From Raillietiella orientalis (Eukaryota), in NCBI GenBank assembly GCA_036172245.1, contig JAYWIR010000017.1, positions 558,001-622,000 on the forward strand: a stretch of 64,000 nucleotides of DNA, read 5' to 3'. The position numbers were made by a program, and so were the translations under genes. This document shows positions 1 through 11,829 of this stretch, in pieces (the stretch's first letter is position 1; each line of letters begins with the position of its first letter). Under the pieces are notes generated by a model that saw only the letters and a list, made by a program, of their open reading frames with translations, had not been told where the DNA came from and did not search any database.

Positions 1-158
1 GGCTTGGAAATCTTGTAATCGATGAAAAATAAGGAAGACCTGTTGTTGACCCGTTCATTGGTTCTTTTAAGCGGAAACAGAACGAGGGAGTGGTCTGTCT
101 GTGGAACTTGTAGAGTTGTAAGTGGTGAAGAAAACACGAAAGCAAATTCTGTAATTTC

Positions 159-680
159 CCAGATATAAATTCTGTGCATCTAAGGCAAGCAGATGAAGTA
201 AGGTATATCGGCCCTTGGCCTTCTTGCCTTGGCTACTTAAACATTGGAAAAATATGCGAAGTAACAGTTGAAATAGTTGCACAGGCGGTTCACCCAGGTT
301 ACGGTTTCTTAGCAGAGAATCCAGACTTTCCATGTGCTCTGCAAAAACGCAATGTAGATTTCATCGTACCAAGTGCAGAAACAACAGAGGTTGCAGCTAA
401 CAAAATAACAGCAAAGGAGGCTGCAAGAAAAGCTGGAGTGAATGTGGTTCCAGGGTATATGGGCAGAATCCTTGATCCCGCCCATATATGCAGCTCAAGT
501 TGCTGAGGAGATTGCTAAAAGCGGCATCAGGCGGCGGTGGTAAAGGAATGCGGATTGTAAACTCCAAAAAGGAAACTGAACCAGCGTTCACATCAGCAAC
601 AAATGAAGCAGAAAAAAGCTTTAAGGACTCAGCATCTTTATAGAGAAACATATCGGGTTGCCAAGGCACGTTGAAATACA
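159..680 (+). pseudogene. pccA: Wolbachia-like propionyl-CoA carboxylase alpha (biotin carboxylase) fragment; nuclear transfer (nuwt)
   Basis: Reads QADEV..IGP..YLNI..AVHPGYGFLAENPDF..ANKITAKEAARKAGVNVVPGYMG, then after a frameshift/deletion KAASGGGGKGMRIVNSKKE..ATNEAEKSFKD and SIFIEKHIGLPRHVEI. Truncated at both ends. Wolbachia/Rickettsiales origin is from recall, not a search. Confidence 0.88.
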
Positions 681-684
681 TTTC

Positions 685-1190
685 GGTGGTACTGCGTAGC
701 CATTCGGGAGCGACTGTTCCAAAGGCATCGGCAAGTCGATGAACGCCACGATAATTGGTTTCCATGATTTATTTGAAAAACTGACAAGATCAAGCTATGG
801 AGAATATTTAAAGAAAACTGGTTGATTTACTCGCCCCAAATAGATAAACGTTCATCCTTCGAAGAGTGCTTTCAAGATGCTCGGTTCTGAGGTGAATCAT
901 AGATGAATTTTTGAATAGAAAAGGAGCCACTGCCTTTTGGACTAATAGATTTTGCAACAGGAAAGAGAAATCTGTTAAGGAAGAAGGAGAATCCTTCAAC
1001 CTCGAAGCCAAGAGGACGTAAATAGGGACTGCTAGAGTGGAAAGCGTTATTCACGGCACCTTGAAAGTGCCTTTTAAAGACTTGGGAGAAATAATACGCG
1101 CTATGAGTGAAAATGAGGTTTCAATTCGGAATGTCCATTCATCCGTTTAAAAAAGCATTCATTTGAGACTGAATTTTAAGAGAAGGTATA
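685..1190 (+). mobile_element. Degenerate retroviral-like integrase core remnant; CxxC part probably at 30-158, split off by the pccA insert
   Basis: RRVLSRCSVLR*IID..NRFCNRKEK..SFNLEAKR..RNVHSSV*KS is colinear with SRFGxPxxIxSD..FC..YHPQxNG..NxxVHSSTGxSP. REWSVCGTCR lies upstream of the insert. Confidence 0.45.
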
Positions 1191-1565
1191 TGAGATGCTC
1201 CATAAGCGTTGGCATTTCAATATTACCAGCGTGCTAAAGATCTCGGTCTTATGCAGAGCTAACAACTAGAAATGAATTTGTTTTCCGAAGACATTGGCGA
1301 ATTAGCTTTCTTCTTCATCATGCCGGAGGATGCTGGACTGGGATTTCTAGAGAGTTGTTTTCAGTTCAGCTTTTTCGAATCACCAACCATTACTGACGAA
1401 AGTCTAAGCCTGGTATTTGATAATAATAAGTAGGTAGAGTAAATACGCTAAGTCGTATTTTAGAAGAAGCTCTGAAAATTGTCTATGCGGATGCTCCCAT
1501 TATGGAACATGTTATGTGTGTGTGTGTTTTTTAAATCTAATAGAAAGACTGTCTAACCAGGAATT

Positions 1566-1925
1566 TTGTTTGATTGTCTCATTCTTGGAAGAGAAAAATC
1601 TAAAACTGCACAACTGATACATGAGGGATCTTTGAATTTTTCGGACACGACCCCCTTCGAAGATGACTACCGAACTACTCTACAGAGCGTGCTTGAGCAG
1701 GTCCTCGGCTATCCGCAAGATTTCTTTTGCTCCTTCGAAGATCGAGAGGGAATGCCATTGAGGCTGGAATCTGACGGCCGAATTCGCCGCTTCGGTACGG
1801 GTCAGTTTGTAAGGAGAGCGTCCCACGGTTGGCTGCTTCGAGCTGCTGAATCAGATCAGCAAGGCGAGGCGGAGCTACGGGTTGACAAGAGGGAACAAAC
1901 GGTGGTACAGGCTAGTCAAATGTGA
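1566..1925 (+). mobile_element. Degenerate Gypsy-type integrase core remnant
   Basis: ORF contains EGMPLRLESDG..F..QF..G..QQGEAELRVDK, matching GxPxxLxSDG..FxSxxF..SNGxAExxVK. Confidence 0.65.
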
Positions 1926-2208
1926 TCATGTCAAATGTCAAATGTCAACTGTGATCATGTACCGAATGGAAAAATTTCGATTTCAAATGAGCTTCAGGGA
2001 GAAGCACCGGAAAGCTGACCTCTCAACCGAAACAGGTGTATGTTCCTGCAAAACACGAATTCTGTGAAATGGGCACTCGTCTGAGAGGAGAATGATCGAC
2101 GCAAAAAATCTCAAGGATTATGTTTTCTTCCACGATATCGGATGTCTATTAACACACTAACAGTGAACACTAATGAACGGTACGTTCCGTCTCTAAGTAA
2201 CGTTCTGT

Positions 2209-2740
2209 TTACTCAAGTGAGTCATTTGTCTTCCACTGACTCCCTGGACTTTCCTGTTTCGAGCATCCAGAGCAAGAATTGATTCTTGTGAGTCTGCAAA
2301 ATCTGTTAGATGAAAGCATCATCATCTCGGCCCAAAGAATCTCGAAATAGGGATGAAAAATTGCGGCTTCCTCACCATTCAATGCCTTATTAGCGTTGGT
2401 TACTTGCATGTGAACGAGGTTTTTTAAAAGACGTTTGCATGTAAGCGAGCTCGCGCGTTCGTTGCTTAGATCCTTATCAGCTTCTACTCGTGGGAATGGC
2501 ATGTTTCGTGGTCCGCGCATGCTGGAAATCCTCGAGTACTCAGTTTGCAACAAGGATGAGAATTAAGAGATGCACTGGAAACGCAATGATTTTTGAATGG
2601 GAACAAGGAAGTGCTGTGAAACACACTTCCATTCTAAATAACACGTGTTCTTGCAATTTACTTGCTGTAGGGATGGTGTTGACGATGATGAAAGAATCAC
2701 CATGAAGGTATTTTAAGTGAAATCGCAACTTGAGCTTCAA
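2209..2740 (-). mobile_element. Degenerate integrase core remnant
   Basis: CFTALPCSHSK..LLILI, then DLSNERASSLTCKRLLKNL..KALNGEEAAIFH; colinear with LPxS..LV, SDxGxxFTS and NGxxExxH. Confidence 0.5.
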
Positions 2741-3063
2741 AATGGCGTCTATGTGTATATGTAAATGTAATAAATCAGATGCTCAATAATTTCCGACATC
2801 AGCTGTGATAACTATTAGATTGAGGAAAGGTCAGGAGTTATTTGGAGGATTGATCCTTTCTGGGAAAAAAAAAATAAAACAATTACCTTCTTGATAAGCT
2901 ACGAAGTTTTCTGGAAGGGGGTTATGATTTAACCGAATCCTCAGCGGATTGCGAACTCGCATTTTGGATGGATAAATGTATCACAAATGCACTCGGGAGT
3001 GACTCGGATGCTTTCTGAATCATTTCGACTCCACGCCAGTAGCCCTCAGAGCCTTTCGTTTCA

Positions 3064-3418
3064 GTCCGCGTTGGCGGTCGCGTGGCTGCGGTCTCCGCAC
3101 GCGGTATCAACCGTTACGGGTTCGAATCCCGCCCGGGGAAAGGATCGACACCGAGAACGGGTCGTGGGTTTCGAGTCACTCACGCAGGACGACGCTGGTT
3201 GGCCTTATAGGCTTCGGATGCGGCGGCTGTCGGAAGCCGGAAACCGGATGTCTGCGTCGAATGACCGGGACTGGAAGTCGACCCTCCGGGATCTTTCCAG
3301 GAATCGAGGATCTGGTTCTTTTCGGGTTTCCCCATCCGGTTGTGAAAACGGAGCCGTTTCATGGAGTTGGTTGATACTCCCCCCCTCCTCGGGTAGGGTT
3401 GCCTCTCCAGAATGTAGG
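3064..3418 (+). mobile_element. tRNA-derived SINE, copy A (3' truncated)
   Basis: A-box-like GGTCGCGTGG; B box GGGTTCGAATCCC at 3118-3130; body shared with copies at 5080, 37277 and 60610. Confidence 0.8.
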
Positions 3419-3499
3419 AGCCTTCCGTTCAAGTGACTAAGAGAAAGGTGACTTCCCTGTTGCGTCCTTTTTTTTTTTTGTTCCTTCGCTCGTGCTGGA

Positions 3500-3859
3500 C
3501 ACGAGCCTTAGCAGAATGGAATCAGCATCTTTGCTTCCCCTGCTTTCTCCTCCAGGCGTTTCCAATGGGCTTCCTCCTGAGTTTTCAAACAGAGGAAAGG
3601 TGCAGGCATGATCGGAGCGCGAATCTTCACAAAGGGTGCTCACGTCAGATTCGACTGTGTCCAGGAGTCACCGAGAACGACAAGGGAGGACCCCTATCAC
3701 GGACAGCGCCTCCCCAATAGGATGATGCAACGCACCCCATTCACCACGAGTCTAATTTCGTCTCCCATCCTGTGTATCTTTCGAGACTCTTCACTCCGTA
3801 CGGTTAGGATGCAAAGTCACTTACGAACATCCCGTTTCCTTGTTTTTGTTATCTGCTAG
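3500..3859 (+). mobile_element. Degenerate integrase core remnant
   Basis: IGARIFTKGAHVRF..TREDPYHGQ..RMMQR resembles DxGxxFTS..F..TxPYHPQxNGxxER. Confidence 0.5.
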
Positions 3860-4049
3860 ATAAAAATTGTTTTCTTCATCGCCAGCGGGGGAAATACGAT
3901 TCGGGATGCTGGATCTGACATCTGAAGCTTGCCGGTCTTTCGTCGAGATCCCAAGCACGTCTGAGAGAATGCATTATGCAAATTTATGAAAATAAAATCG
4001 CTCTTGTTCTTGTCAATTTGTAACTTCAGCGGATGCCGAACTGTTCGAA

Positions 4050-4430
4050 AAACATGGCGCGGTCTGTCCTGGAGGGTCCCGTTCGGAAGACGCGTGCAAG
4101 GATCGCCGTCCGCCGGAAGATTTCCTCTGGCTTGGGCAGTCCAGTGCTAGCAATGAGCAGTTCCGAGTTTTCACTGGAGGTTCCGCCAGGTCTCCAGGTG
4201 CAGCGAGCTCGCGTGCGAGGAATAGGCGCCGTTCTCTTGGCGTTCCCTTTTTTCCCCGCAACATCCGCGGAATACTCTTCCACCTTCCGGGGAATCTCGG
4301 GAACTCCGCTCGGATCGTTCCCACCACGCCATTCCTGCGAACGGAGGAGGGACCTGTCCGAGGAGCTCGGGTGCCGCGTAGGAAAACCAGCAATGTAGTA
4401 AACCAACATCCCGGAGCACACACAGGAGGT
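4050..4430 (-). mobile_element. P-element/THAP9-like transposase C-terminal remnant
   Basis: LVYYIAGF...RGGNDPSGVPEIPRKVEEY resembles the P-family YYIAGY..RGGLxxPS..V..E motif. Confidence 0.5.
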
Positions 4431-4639
4431 CCGTAATCCTTTCGCAAGGAGAGGTCGCCCGAGCACCGGGACTCAGCGACCTCTGAAACTCTGCGATGGG
4501 AAAGTTTCGCGGAGACAGCGTCTCTTTGAGCCTCGCGGCATCCGGACCGGCGGCGTCCGCGCCTCGCGCCTGAAGCTCCACGCACCGTGTGCTGCACGGA
4601 GACCGCATTCCCTGCACACCCGGATAGGCACGTGTTCTG

Positions 4640-5050
4640 CTGCAGCCTCTGTCCCCGCTCTAGCCTAGCTGAAGAGGGCACCTCGGTTTACTCGCGTGAG
4701 CCACGTCGATACCAGGGGGAATTCGCCACCGATGCGAAGGGTACGAGCGGCGTGTGCGACGGCCGAGGTTCCCTGATCCAGGAAGTCGGTTCCCGACTGC
4801 TCCCCAGAGAACCGTTTCCCGCTTCATTGTTCCTTGAGGCGACTCAATTAGCGTTTAACCCCTTCTTGGTTCCCGGTTTCGCTTTCTCGGCATGATTCAA
4901 TTAAGGGGCCTGGACTGGAACTCTGGATGTTTACACGCAGCCATCGAGAAAAGTTGCTCCCGCGGACCACATTTGGCGAGCTTTGGAAACTCCTCCCCCT
5001 TTCGCTTCTTTCCCCTGAATTGGTGATCAAGCGTCGCTTTGGGATCCCAT
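4640..5050 (-). mobile_element. hAT transposase C-terminal remnant
   Basis: MAACKHPEFQ resembles AAxLxPxFK; EFP..*TEVPSSARLER resembles the dimerization motif PSSAxxER. Confidence 0.5.
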
Positions 5051-5079
5051 CGCTGTTCCGTGGAAGCTGGGCAAGAGGT

Positions 5080-5720
5080 GTCCGCTCTGGAGGCCGTGTG
5101 ACTGAGGTCTCCGTGCGTGGCACCAAACGTTGCGGGTTCGAATCCCACCCGGGGAAGGATCGACGCCACAGAAATGAGTGCGTTTCGAGTTTCTCCCGCA
5201 AGACGACGCTGGTTGGGTGCGGCACTGCTGGAAGCCGGAAACCGGATGCCCCGTTGAGTGACCGGGACTCCGGGGTCCTTCCAGGGATCAAGTCTCCCCA
5301 CCATTGTGAAAATGGGACCGTCCCATCCTTCCCTTCATCTCGTACCATGGAGCTCGTGGATGGATACCTCGCCAGAGTGTGAATTGCTCTGTTCCCTTCG
5401 GGGAGCGATACTTCAGAGAAATTCGGAATCGTCCCCTCGGAGTCCCTTTTAGAGGAATGAACAAGGAGCGGATCCTTTCCGGGTTCCCATCAGAGAAGAA
5501 ACGCGATCGTCCCCCTCTAGTGGGTACCTCCTGAGAGAATGAGGAAGAACGGACTGTTTCCTCTGGAGTCTTCCTGGAGTTATAGGGTGATGGGTTGCAC
5601 CTCCTAACTTGAAGAAACGCACCCTCGGGTGGCGTGGGCAGTGTTGAAGAGCTTCGTGAGCCCCCTAGGGAGGCGAACGGTTCTTCAGCACTCCTTGAGA
5701 ATTAAAAGAAAAAAAAAAAA
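5080..5720 (+). mobile_element. tRNA-derived SINE, copy B (full length)
   Basis: GGCCGTGTGA A box; B box 5134-5146; internal ~37-bp degenerate repeats; 3' GAAGAGCTTCGTGAGCCCC..GAACGGTTCTTCAGCAC; A-rich tail 5704-5720. Confidence 0.85.
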
Positions 5721-5799
5721 CTGGAAGGAAAGCAGCGAAAGCAGAACCCCAAAGAGTTTCCTTCATTCCTGTCTCGAATCTTCTTTCTGATTCCTGGTC

Positions 5800-6500
5800 G
5801 GCGGAGAGCTTCTAATCGCAGAGCGAAAACTCAGTCGTCATGCTAACACCCTTCCCTGCTTCCGCTCTTCCTGCGCCCCACTTCCTTCTTCGGTGGGAAG
5901 AAGGAAAAACTTCGTTGAAGAGGTGCCATGTGGAAACAGGGTGCGGGTGCTCCCTGTCCAGGCAGTGGACTTCCGCGGACGCTGTCTTGGATTTCTACCT
6001 GGGCCGTCGGACCCGTGTCCGGTCAGCTCCGGAAGGCTTGGAGAAGAGTTTCTCGTCCCGCTCTGCGGAGCGGGGGACACCGGTTCTCTCTCTCTAGAGA
6101 GGGAGCAGCCAGCCTCGCGCTTCCGTGTCTCCTGTCTCGACGGCGCATCGGGGAGCAGGGGAGCAAGCCGAATCCACGGGGTCCCCAGGAGGAGTGAGGA
6201 GGGGCAGGAGGGAGGAAAGAGGGGGGGAGGGGGGAAGCGATCGAACAGCGGGACACCATCAGTCGTGCCGCCGTCGGCTCCCCCCTCTTGAGGGCGCCGC
6301 CGGAGCAGCGTCCGAGCCTCTCCTTCGCTCCTGGAACCCCGCGTAGCGGCGGTGGCGGCGAGGAGGATGGTCTGTTCACGCCTCGCGTGCCGAAGTCTCG
6401 TCCCTTCCCCGTTCTTGCGCGGCACCGCCGCTGGGTAAGACGCAAGCTGGTCCGGCTGTGTGTCGCCCGCGTGCTTCTCGGGTGGTCAGGTCCCGCAGAC
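5800..6500 (+). promoter_or_regulatory. CpG/GC-rich island with Initiator-like ATCAGTC (6258-6264) and candidate first exon 6261-6434
   Basis: GC/CpG far above flanks; GA/CT tract ~6085-6105; G-rich tract before a TCAGT Inr; GAGGATGG at 6367; donor-like GG|GTAAG at 6435. No canonical DPE seen. Confidence 0.4.
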
Positions 6501-6744
6501 GGGCGCGATCCGGGAGCCTGAGTCACGAATCGTTTTCCTTCATTCCGCCGGATCACTTCGGCTAGGGCCCCTCTTTCCCGTCGCGGGGGAGCAGCGACCA
6601 AAGACCGAAGAGTCTTCGATTCCTCGTCAGCGGCGCGCTCTCCCTCTTCCAGGCTTCCCGCATGATTCCCCCGAGGGGGGAAGGAGTCCCCCGGAGCTCG
6701 AGCTTTGAAACACGATTTCCCATGATTTTTCGCTTCCGGAAAGT

Positions 6745-7030
6745 CACCTTGTCGGCTGTTCGGATCACAACCGGAAAGTGGAAGTCGCCTTGGTTACATC
6801 ATCATCACACTCGATCCGCCAGCTCCTTCCCCTGTTCCCACGTTTTCTTGTTCCGCACGTTACCGTGCTACCCGCGCCCGGTTTCCATGAACTTGATAGG
6901 AATCTCGAAGATCTCTGGAGTGAGTCGCGGGTTGGAATCGTCTCAGCGGGAGCAGTCTGATAGATGCTGAGCGCACTTTCATCTCGAGCGGGCGTCCGCT
7001 TCTCCGGACTCAGGAAAAATGGAGGTCCCT
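6745..7030 (+). mobile_element. Degenerate integrase core remnant
   Basis: FGSQPESGSRLGYIIITLDP resembles GPLPxSxxGxxYILxxVD; later SLIDAERTFISS resembles IxSDxGxxFxS. Confidence 0.5.
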
Positions 7031-7249
7031 TTCGGTGAGTAATAAAGAACCGGGCACGCGCGTCTTGTTTTTTTTTTTTATTTAAATTGAAGAGAAAATC
7101 CCAGCTTGAATAGAAATAGGGAGATGCTCCGCAGTTGCTGCATTTATTACGGAGGACAAATGCCTTTAATGGCACTTGGATTTTATTCTGCTCTTCCTTT
7201 CCGGAAGAAATCGCCGTTCGGAGGAGGATCCGTGGAGAGCGTGCTCGCC

Positions 7250-7710
7250 CGAAAAAATTCAAAAGTAGTCATTCCATATGTCATGGACGTCTTTCGCGAG
7301 ATTCGCTCAAATTGGGAACCGGACAGCAGCTTCCGTAAATCCAATATCCCTTTCCTCTGTCGAAGGCCAGGCCGAGCCTTCTGCGGGAAGTGCGTGCATC
7401 ATACGGAAGTTTCCATGAACGATTCGAGCGCATTGCTCTTAATGGTGCATCCAGGGGAGGACAGTGCTCCTGGATGTATTCATGCTGTCAGGAGGCTCCA
7501 GATGAAAAATCGAAAGAGCGTCGGATTCACTGCCTGCGCCTCTCTCGTTAGCGAATTCTGGATCGGATGGCGGATTTATGCCTCTTTGCAGAAGCGCCTG
7601 GAGTAATGGGAATTCCCAGGCTAAGGACGTTATCCTAGAATCTCACCGGTGACCCGTAAGCACTTCCGGTCACTATTTCAGCGGTTCAACCCGAAGGTTT
7701 TTTGGAGGAA
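7250..7710 (-). mobile_element. Degenerate integrase core remnant
   Basis: FGLNR*NSDRK and HPIQNSLTREAQAVNPTLFRF resemble FGxPxxIxSDR and HPQxNGxxERxNxTL. Confidence 0.4.
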
Positions 7711-7719
7711 ATGCGTTTC

Positions 7720-8200
7720 CAGGAAACGCTCCTCCTGCGGATTCAAGGTGGGTCGGGAAGATGAAGGAAAAGCCCGCCTTCAGTCCAAGTGACTATTAAT
7801 GCGCAGCAAGTGACACTCCTCCTTTTTCACTGTGGAGAAGACCGCTGATGGAAGAGATGCTGCTCTGTTTCGTCACCAGCCTCGCAGCAAAGGATGCGGT
7901 TCACTTTCTGAGATTCGCCGACGACGCCGTTGTATGCACCTCGTGAAACGAGCGCAAGCCCCGCAAGCTTCCCATACCAAATCACTCCATTTAAAATAAA
8001 TAAACTCAATTAGTGCTTTCTTCGAACCGTCCTTCCGGAAGAATTTCATCGCTAGAAGGTTTTTTAATGTGCTCCAAACTCCACCGCCGCCATTGTCTTT
8101 CATTGATGCACCAACTCCCCGAGCTGCAGGATTGCATCATCGAACGTGCACCTTCAGAAGGGCGAGGTCACGTAACACCTTAAGGCCCACCAAAAAGGTG
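7720..8200 (+). mobile_element. Degenerate reverse transcriptase remnant (probably LTR-type)
   Basis: LMEEML..VHFLRFADDAVV (YxDD-like) at ~7845-7935; EDEGKA upstream; IDAPTP downstream. Confidence 0.45.
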
Positions 8201-8339
8201 CTTGCAAATATCTGAGCAACCCCTGAGACAAAGGAAAGCGGCGGTCGGAAGAAGTCCCCCCACGCAGAGTGGTTCATGCAAAGCTTCGCTTCAGCGGACA
8301 CCAGGGTGCTCAAAAAAAAAAAAAAAAAGACGAATCGGA

Positions 8340-8700
8340 GGTCATCGGAAACTGATTATTACGATAATTACCTGCAAAGCCACATGAGTTCCACTGCTTC
8401 CAACGGCAGTGCCGGGAAACGACTCGTTTCCTGGCATTGCCGTCGAATCTCACGAAGCCTTGCAAATAATTATCGCAGTTTTGGTTATTGCTGGACGTCA
8501 GATGTTTGGGGAAGAATTTCGAGTGCCTGTCACTGGAAGTCGTCATGCTCTCGACGTCACGGAGAGAACTTCCGACGTAATTAGCGCTGAGCAATTCGTT
8601 GGTCTGCTTCCTGCATGCATGAAAGATGCCTGAGGATAATATGCAAATAATCGAAAACTGAAAAGCAGATCCCCGCACTTCCAATTATTCTGTTCGTGCT
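8340..8700 (-). mobile_element. Degenerate integrase H2C2 zinc-binding remnant
   Basis: GIFHACRKQTNELLSANYVGSSLRDVESMTTSSDRHSK resembles HxGxxxT..YxWxxLxxDV..SCxxCxxK. Confidence 0.5.
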
Positions 8701-9054
8701 CGACCCTGGTCCAGATTCAGTTACTTTGTAAATGTTTTGTGAAAAGTTCCCAGTAATGAGTGCCAGTAACCCACTGGTTTTTATTCCGCGAAGATGATGC
8801 GATTTTCATCTAGTAATTACAGTCCTTCGCCGTTGTCGACGGACTGTGTGATGCAAGGCACTGAAATTACGCACGTCCTTTTGTCTCTACTGATAGGGGA
8901 TTGGAATGGATTCAAAGGTCAACATGGGCGTAAATATTTTACCCAAACAGTTGCAGAGCTGGTAATGGAGTTTCGCATTCAACCGGAAATACTCTCCTGA
9001 TTGGCCTAATATGCTTCGGACTAATTTCTGAATGCAAAACTTATTTGCATACTA

Positions 9055-9730
9055 TTATTAAATGCTGGCAAGAAGGAAAGCCAACAGATATTGAGTTGGA
9101 AAAACTTCTAGTTTGAGCGCATTAATCTTGATCTGAGGTTTCCTACTACAGGGAAGAGTCTCCCAGTGAAAAGGATTCATTCGGGGAGGGAGCAGAAAGG
9201 ATGCACTTCGTTCCGAACAACACGGTTCCTGAGAAATGAACAAACAAACAGACAAGGAAAGTTGCATCCGATGCACCACGAGGGCTCTTCAGCGGAGCTT
9301 TCCCTGTGTTCGCACCGAGCCGAGGGATGAATAGAAACTGTGCAAGGGAGGAACAAATCTCGATATACGAAGTCAAATTATTAAGCACCTTGCCTTCAAG
9401 TCCAGGCGCTATGTAGGAACACTTTGCCTGAGTGTTCCACTTCCGTTGCAGTGCTGTAATGAACTCTGCATTTTAGAGATCACGCCAACTACTAATCTCC
9501 CGCAGACAACAGAACAGCTTGGAAAGAAGTATGGCACGCACCCTTCTGACACTTCTTGGAATCCTCACTCAGCTCTAGGTGCCCGGAGAAACACGGGCGA
9601 AAATTCTGTTAGAAGAGAAAGGAAAAGGGGAAGGTCGTGCGGTCATGCACGGAATTTCCGCTGCTACCTAGCCATGCTGTGCACAAAAGCGAGATGCACC
9701 ATCAGGAGAGCAGGCTTGATTCACTTTTAA
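9055..9730 (+). mobile_element. Degenerate Gypsy integrase (H2C2 + core) remnant
   Basis: MHHEG..RA, RGMNRN and ILEITPTTNLPQTTEQLGKKYGTH occur in the expected order. Confidence 0.4.
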
Positions 9731-9769
9731 TCGGGGCACGGGAGTGCCATCACGAGCGAAACGAAAGTC

Positions 9770-10285
9770 AGTAAAATGGAGTGGTCCAGTGGTCGAAAGG
9801 TTTAAGGAGTAACCTAGTTTGAACCAGATTCTCTTAACGCGATGCTGTCGATTCCCATGTCTAATCGCATAATCAGCTGCAGAAGAAAAAGAAACGACAT
9901 GAATAGGGAGAGCCTTTAGGGAAACTGTAGCAGAAGCGCCGTGACTCGGGATGAATCTCACAAATGAAACGCCTTCGGCGAACGAAAGGTTAAATAAAAA
10001 CCTGACGTCCAGATAAGTAAATCCATTCGCTTGGAAGAAAAAAAAAAAAAAAAAGGACGTCCTCCGGTCCTGATCTGTGCATTTTCAAATCATACTCGAA
10101 GGTATCCGTTCCTTAAAACCTCCGACAGACAGACTCCATGAAATCAGAAGACTTGATCGACCTTTAGGTTTGCTTGGAAATATGGATGCAGTCGAAAATG
10201 AGCTGTCTTGATGGATTTCCAAAGATGAGTGGACTAGTGCAGCATGGAAAGTGGATTGTGGAAACAGATCGGATAAATGCATTCA
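9770..10285 (-). mobile_element. Copia RNase H remnant interrupted by an A-run
   Basis: LEIHQDSSFS..LISWS, then FAEG..LPIHVVSFSSAADYAIRHGNRQHRVKRIWFK, resembling DxSF..ISW..AE..PI..DNxSAI..HxRxKHI. Confidence 0.5.
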
Positions 10286-10899
10286 TGGTTCCTTAATTTT
10301 GTTGTGTGCAGGAGCTCACGAAGGCTCAATACCAGGAGACAAATTCAAATGAAAAAGAAGCCGAGCTTCGGAAAGAACCACGAAGCTGAGAGAGCACGAA
10401 AAAAATTGGTGAACTGAATGGAGGGACATGAAACCAAGAGCAAGGGGAAAGAGGAAAGTATAAAATATTGTGAGCACGAGCAGCATGAAATGAGACGATC
10501 CGTCGGAACGTACACATGCATCCGTCTTTGCTGGCTCACCAAAGCAAATTAAGAGGACCGTGGAGATGGGAAGCTGTTTTCACGGTTTGTTTCCGAATTT
10601 TTTTTTTAAATTAACACTTCAAAGTCCGATAGGGAACTGTTCCGACTTTTCTGTCTAGAGTCAGCATGTTTCTTCGATCCTTACTGGAAATTTCTCACCC
10701 TTATGATCTTCTTTCTTAGCTCCCGATCCTTTTCCATTAATTAAGAACTTTGATTATCTTGAACATGCAGTACACAAAAACATTGCTGGAACTCTTGGAA
10801 AGTTCAGGAAGTGCGACATGAAAAGCCTGATAAACGAAATGTGAATTTCGTGGAGATAATCTAAGGATAAATGAGGACCTCATAGACTAAGTGAATGTA

Positions 10900-11300
10900 C
10901 GAGAGATCGTGTGAGCACACAAGAACACTGTTTCACTCTTCAATGCAAAGTGAAATGCGTCTTGTCCTTAGCCCGATTTGCTACTGGGCTAGTGGTCCAT
11001 GGGCAACAAATTCTCAATCGCTTAACGTGGATGTCGTTTCTCTCGACTAGTCATTTAGAGTCTCAGGACAAGTGTTTTTGCGTAAGCATTCAACCAACGC
11101 TCACTTCCGAAACTCCCGAAATAATTCACGCTCTCGATCAATCCGCTTTAGTGGTCCTGGTCAACAGAAGTTACTTGAAGACTTCGAGATACATGAAACG
11201 CACAGGAAACCATCAGACTCTCAACACACTGCGTCATTGAGTGCCATTCTACATGAACATGGAATCACTGGCAAAAATGTCGTTTCTGCTTTGCTTTGAC
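10900..11300 (+). mobile_element. Degenerate integrase core remnant
   Basis: TPEIIHALDQS and, in an adjacent frame, RFSGPGQQKLLEDFEIHETHRKPSDSQH. Confidence 0.5.
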
Positions 11301-11394
11301 TTCCTGAAATCTTCCAGCGTTCGTTCTCCGAGTAACACTTTCAAGGCATAGCAAAAGATTGAATCGAAAAAAAAAAAAGAAAAAATCATTCTCA

Positions 11395-11570
11395 AAGAAA
11401 TAGCACAAACCTGCTATGCTGAACAATTTGACTACACCAATTTTAGATATAGATTCAGCCATTTTTCTGTAGATCTGATAGAATATCAATGCGTCGGGGG
11501 TATTACGTAGAGGTGGATAGCTTTCGCTCCAAAACTCTGAAATAGATCTGTCTCGATCACTACATTCCAA
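11395..11570 (-). mobile_element. Chromovirus/Tf2-like integrase core remnant
   Basis: CSDRDRSISEFWSE..LRNT..FYQIYRKMAE resembles VSDRDxxFTSxFW..LGT..YHPQTDGQxE. Confidence 0.5.
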
Positions 11571-11829
11571 AAAAAAAAAAATGCATGGGGCCATTTAAGA
11601 AAAAAAAATCTTAATAATTAGATTCAATAATTTTAAAATCTTAATAATTTGATGGCATTTTTCGAGTTGTAGTGGTCTCATAAGCATCATGCCCCTCCCC
11701 TCCCCCCAGCTATCGAATCTATCAACTTTCTTCGAACTGAAATTTCACTTTTGATTTTGATTTTCTTTGAAATTTATTTATTTTTCTATTTTTTTTTCTT
11801 TGGAATGCTAACTATAAAAAAAATCTTCT

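Noticed and set aside
776..1500. Possible bunyavirus L-protein endogenous viral element
   Set aside because: No RdRp core motifs; the same DNA fits integrase motif order better. The same applies to 22050-22650 and 37700-38200.
3064..5150. Functional tRNA genes at 3064 and 5080
   Set aside because: No consistent cloverleaf or acceptor stem; heads are fused to a repeated body, so they are SINE heads.
5640..5695. Hammerhead ribozyme in the SINE tail (CTGAAGA on the minus strand)
   Set aside because: The required GAAA core and stem arrangement are absent.
7845..7940. Group II intron RT (RFADD)
   Set aside because: No PQG or other group II motifs and no intron structure; context suits a decayed retrotransposon RT.
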